DNA of 64,000 nucleotides from Podarcis melisellensis (Eukaryota): NCBI GenBank assembly GCA_964234715.1, contig OZ174290.1; one strand, 5' to 3'. Shown piece by piece: positions 63,280 to 64,000 of this stretch (position 1 is its first letter; each line of letters starts with the position of its first letter). The notes under the pieces were generated by a model. It saw only the letters and a program-made list of their open reading frames with translations, ran no database searches and was not told where the DNA came from. The position numbers and the translations under genes were made by a program.

Positions 63280-63800
63280 AACTCAGCAGTAAGCTCTACT
63301 GTACAGGTGGTACTTAACCCCCAGAAAGTTGACAATGATCCATCCTGGCACAACATTGCTGGAGGGACCCCCTCATACCCAGTTGAAATTTCCACATGGA
63401 GTCCCTCCCAATTCTATGATTCGATGTGGTCGGAATGTAGAAAAATCCAGCCTTTCTGGAATTTGATACTTCAAGAAATGAATAAAATAGCAATTGGAAG
63501 TCAAACCAGAATTAGCTTTATTAAATATATTTCAAGGCAACAATCTGGAAATGCATAATAAAGAATTAATAAGCCATTTATTACAAGCAGCAAGACGCAA
63601 CATAACCTAAGATACTGGAAATACCTTTCTGGCACAAAGATAGACAACTGGTGCAAAACAGTTTCAGAAACAGCTCTCCTTGAGAGATTAACAAATAAAC
63701 TATATGGTTGACATGCAGACAGATCAAGAAATATGGCTTTACCCTGGTGTGGTTTAGTTTTATAACATTGCCAAGATTCCAGAAAATGCACAACCACAAC
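63280..63800 (+). mobile_element. L1 LINE ORF2 C-terminal fragment
   Basis: LLYRWYLTPRKL, WHN...GT, MWSECRKIQPFWNLILQEMNKI, ITSSK...YWK motifs of the cysteine-rich end; short CR1-tail-like insert (ttctatgattc) near 63400-63422. Confidence 0.8.
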
Positions 63801-64000
63801 CCATCATTTGGCTCAATCTGGTTGATCTAAATTTAAATTTAAACATAAATTATTATATTCACTATGAACCCCCCTCCCACATTCATCATGGGTAACATAA
63901 GAGGGAAAATGACTATTATTCATACTCAATCTAAACACAACCACAAGGGCTCCTGATTAGGCGTTTAACTATGCAATGTTGAATGTTATCTGCTAACTCT

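Overview
Vertebrate non-coding DNA from a squamate reptile, most likely a lacertid lizard (inferred from Sauria/Squam1, Squam2 and Squam3-type SINEs, a BovB tail, CR1, L2 and L1 relics). I found no credible host protein-coding exon, RNA gene or CRISPR array; the listed ORFs are chance frames or decayed LINE ORF2 pieces. The window is a mosaic of retrotransposon fragments, DNA-transposon MITEs (many with target-site duplications, TSDs), microsatellites, and repeat-free blocks rich in homeodomain/FOX/POU motifs that resemble conserved enhancers in a large intron or gene desert. Most notable: (1) a ~1.1 kb candidate solo LTR (16697-17778) whose U3-like part carries broken reading frames with weak, by-eye resemblance to the MMTV superantigen C-terminus (unverified); (2) four exactly 136-bp hairpin hAT MITEs with one core but three different terminal sequences, each carrying ZNF143/THAP11-type motifs; (3) a 362-bp hAT element carrying NRF1 and ETS motifs; (4) an orphan L1-like 5' UTR sitting in a deletion within a CR1 copy. 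Family names come from recalled consensus features, not from a database search.
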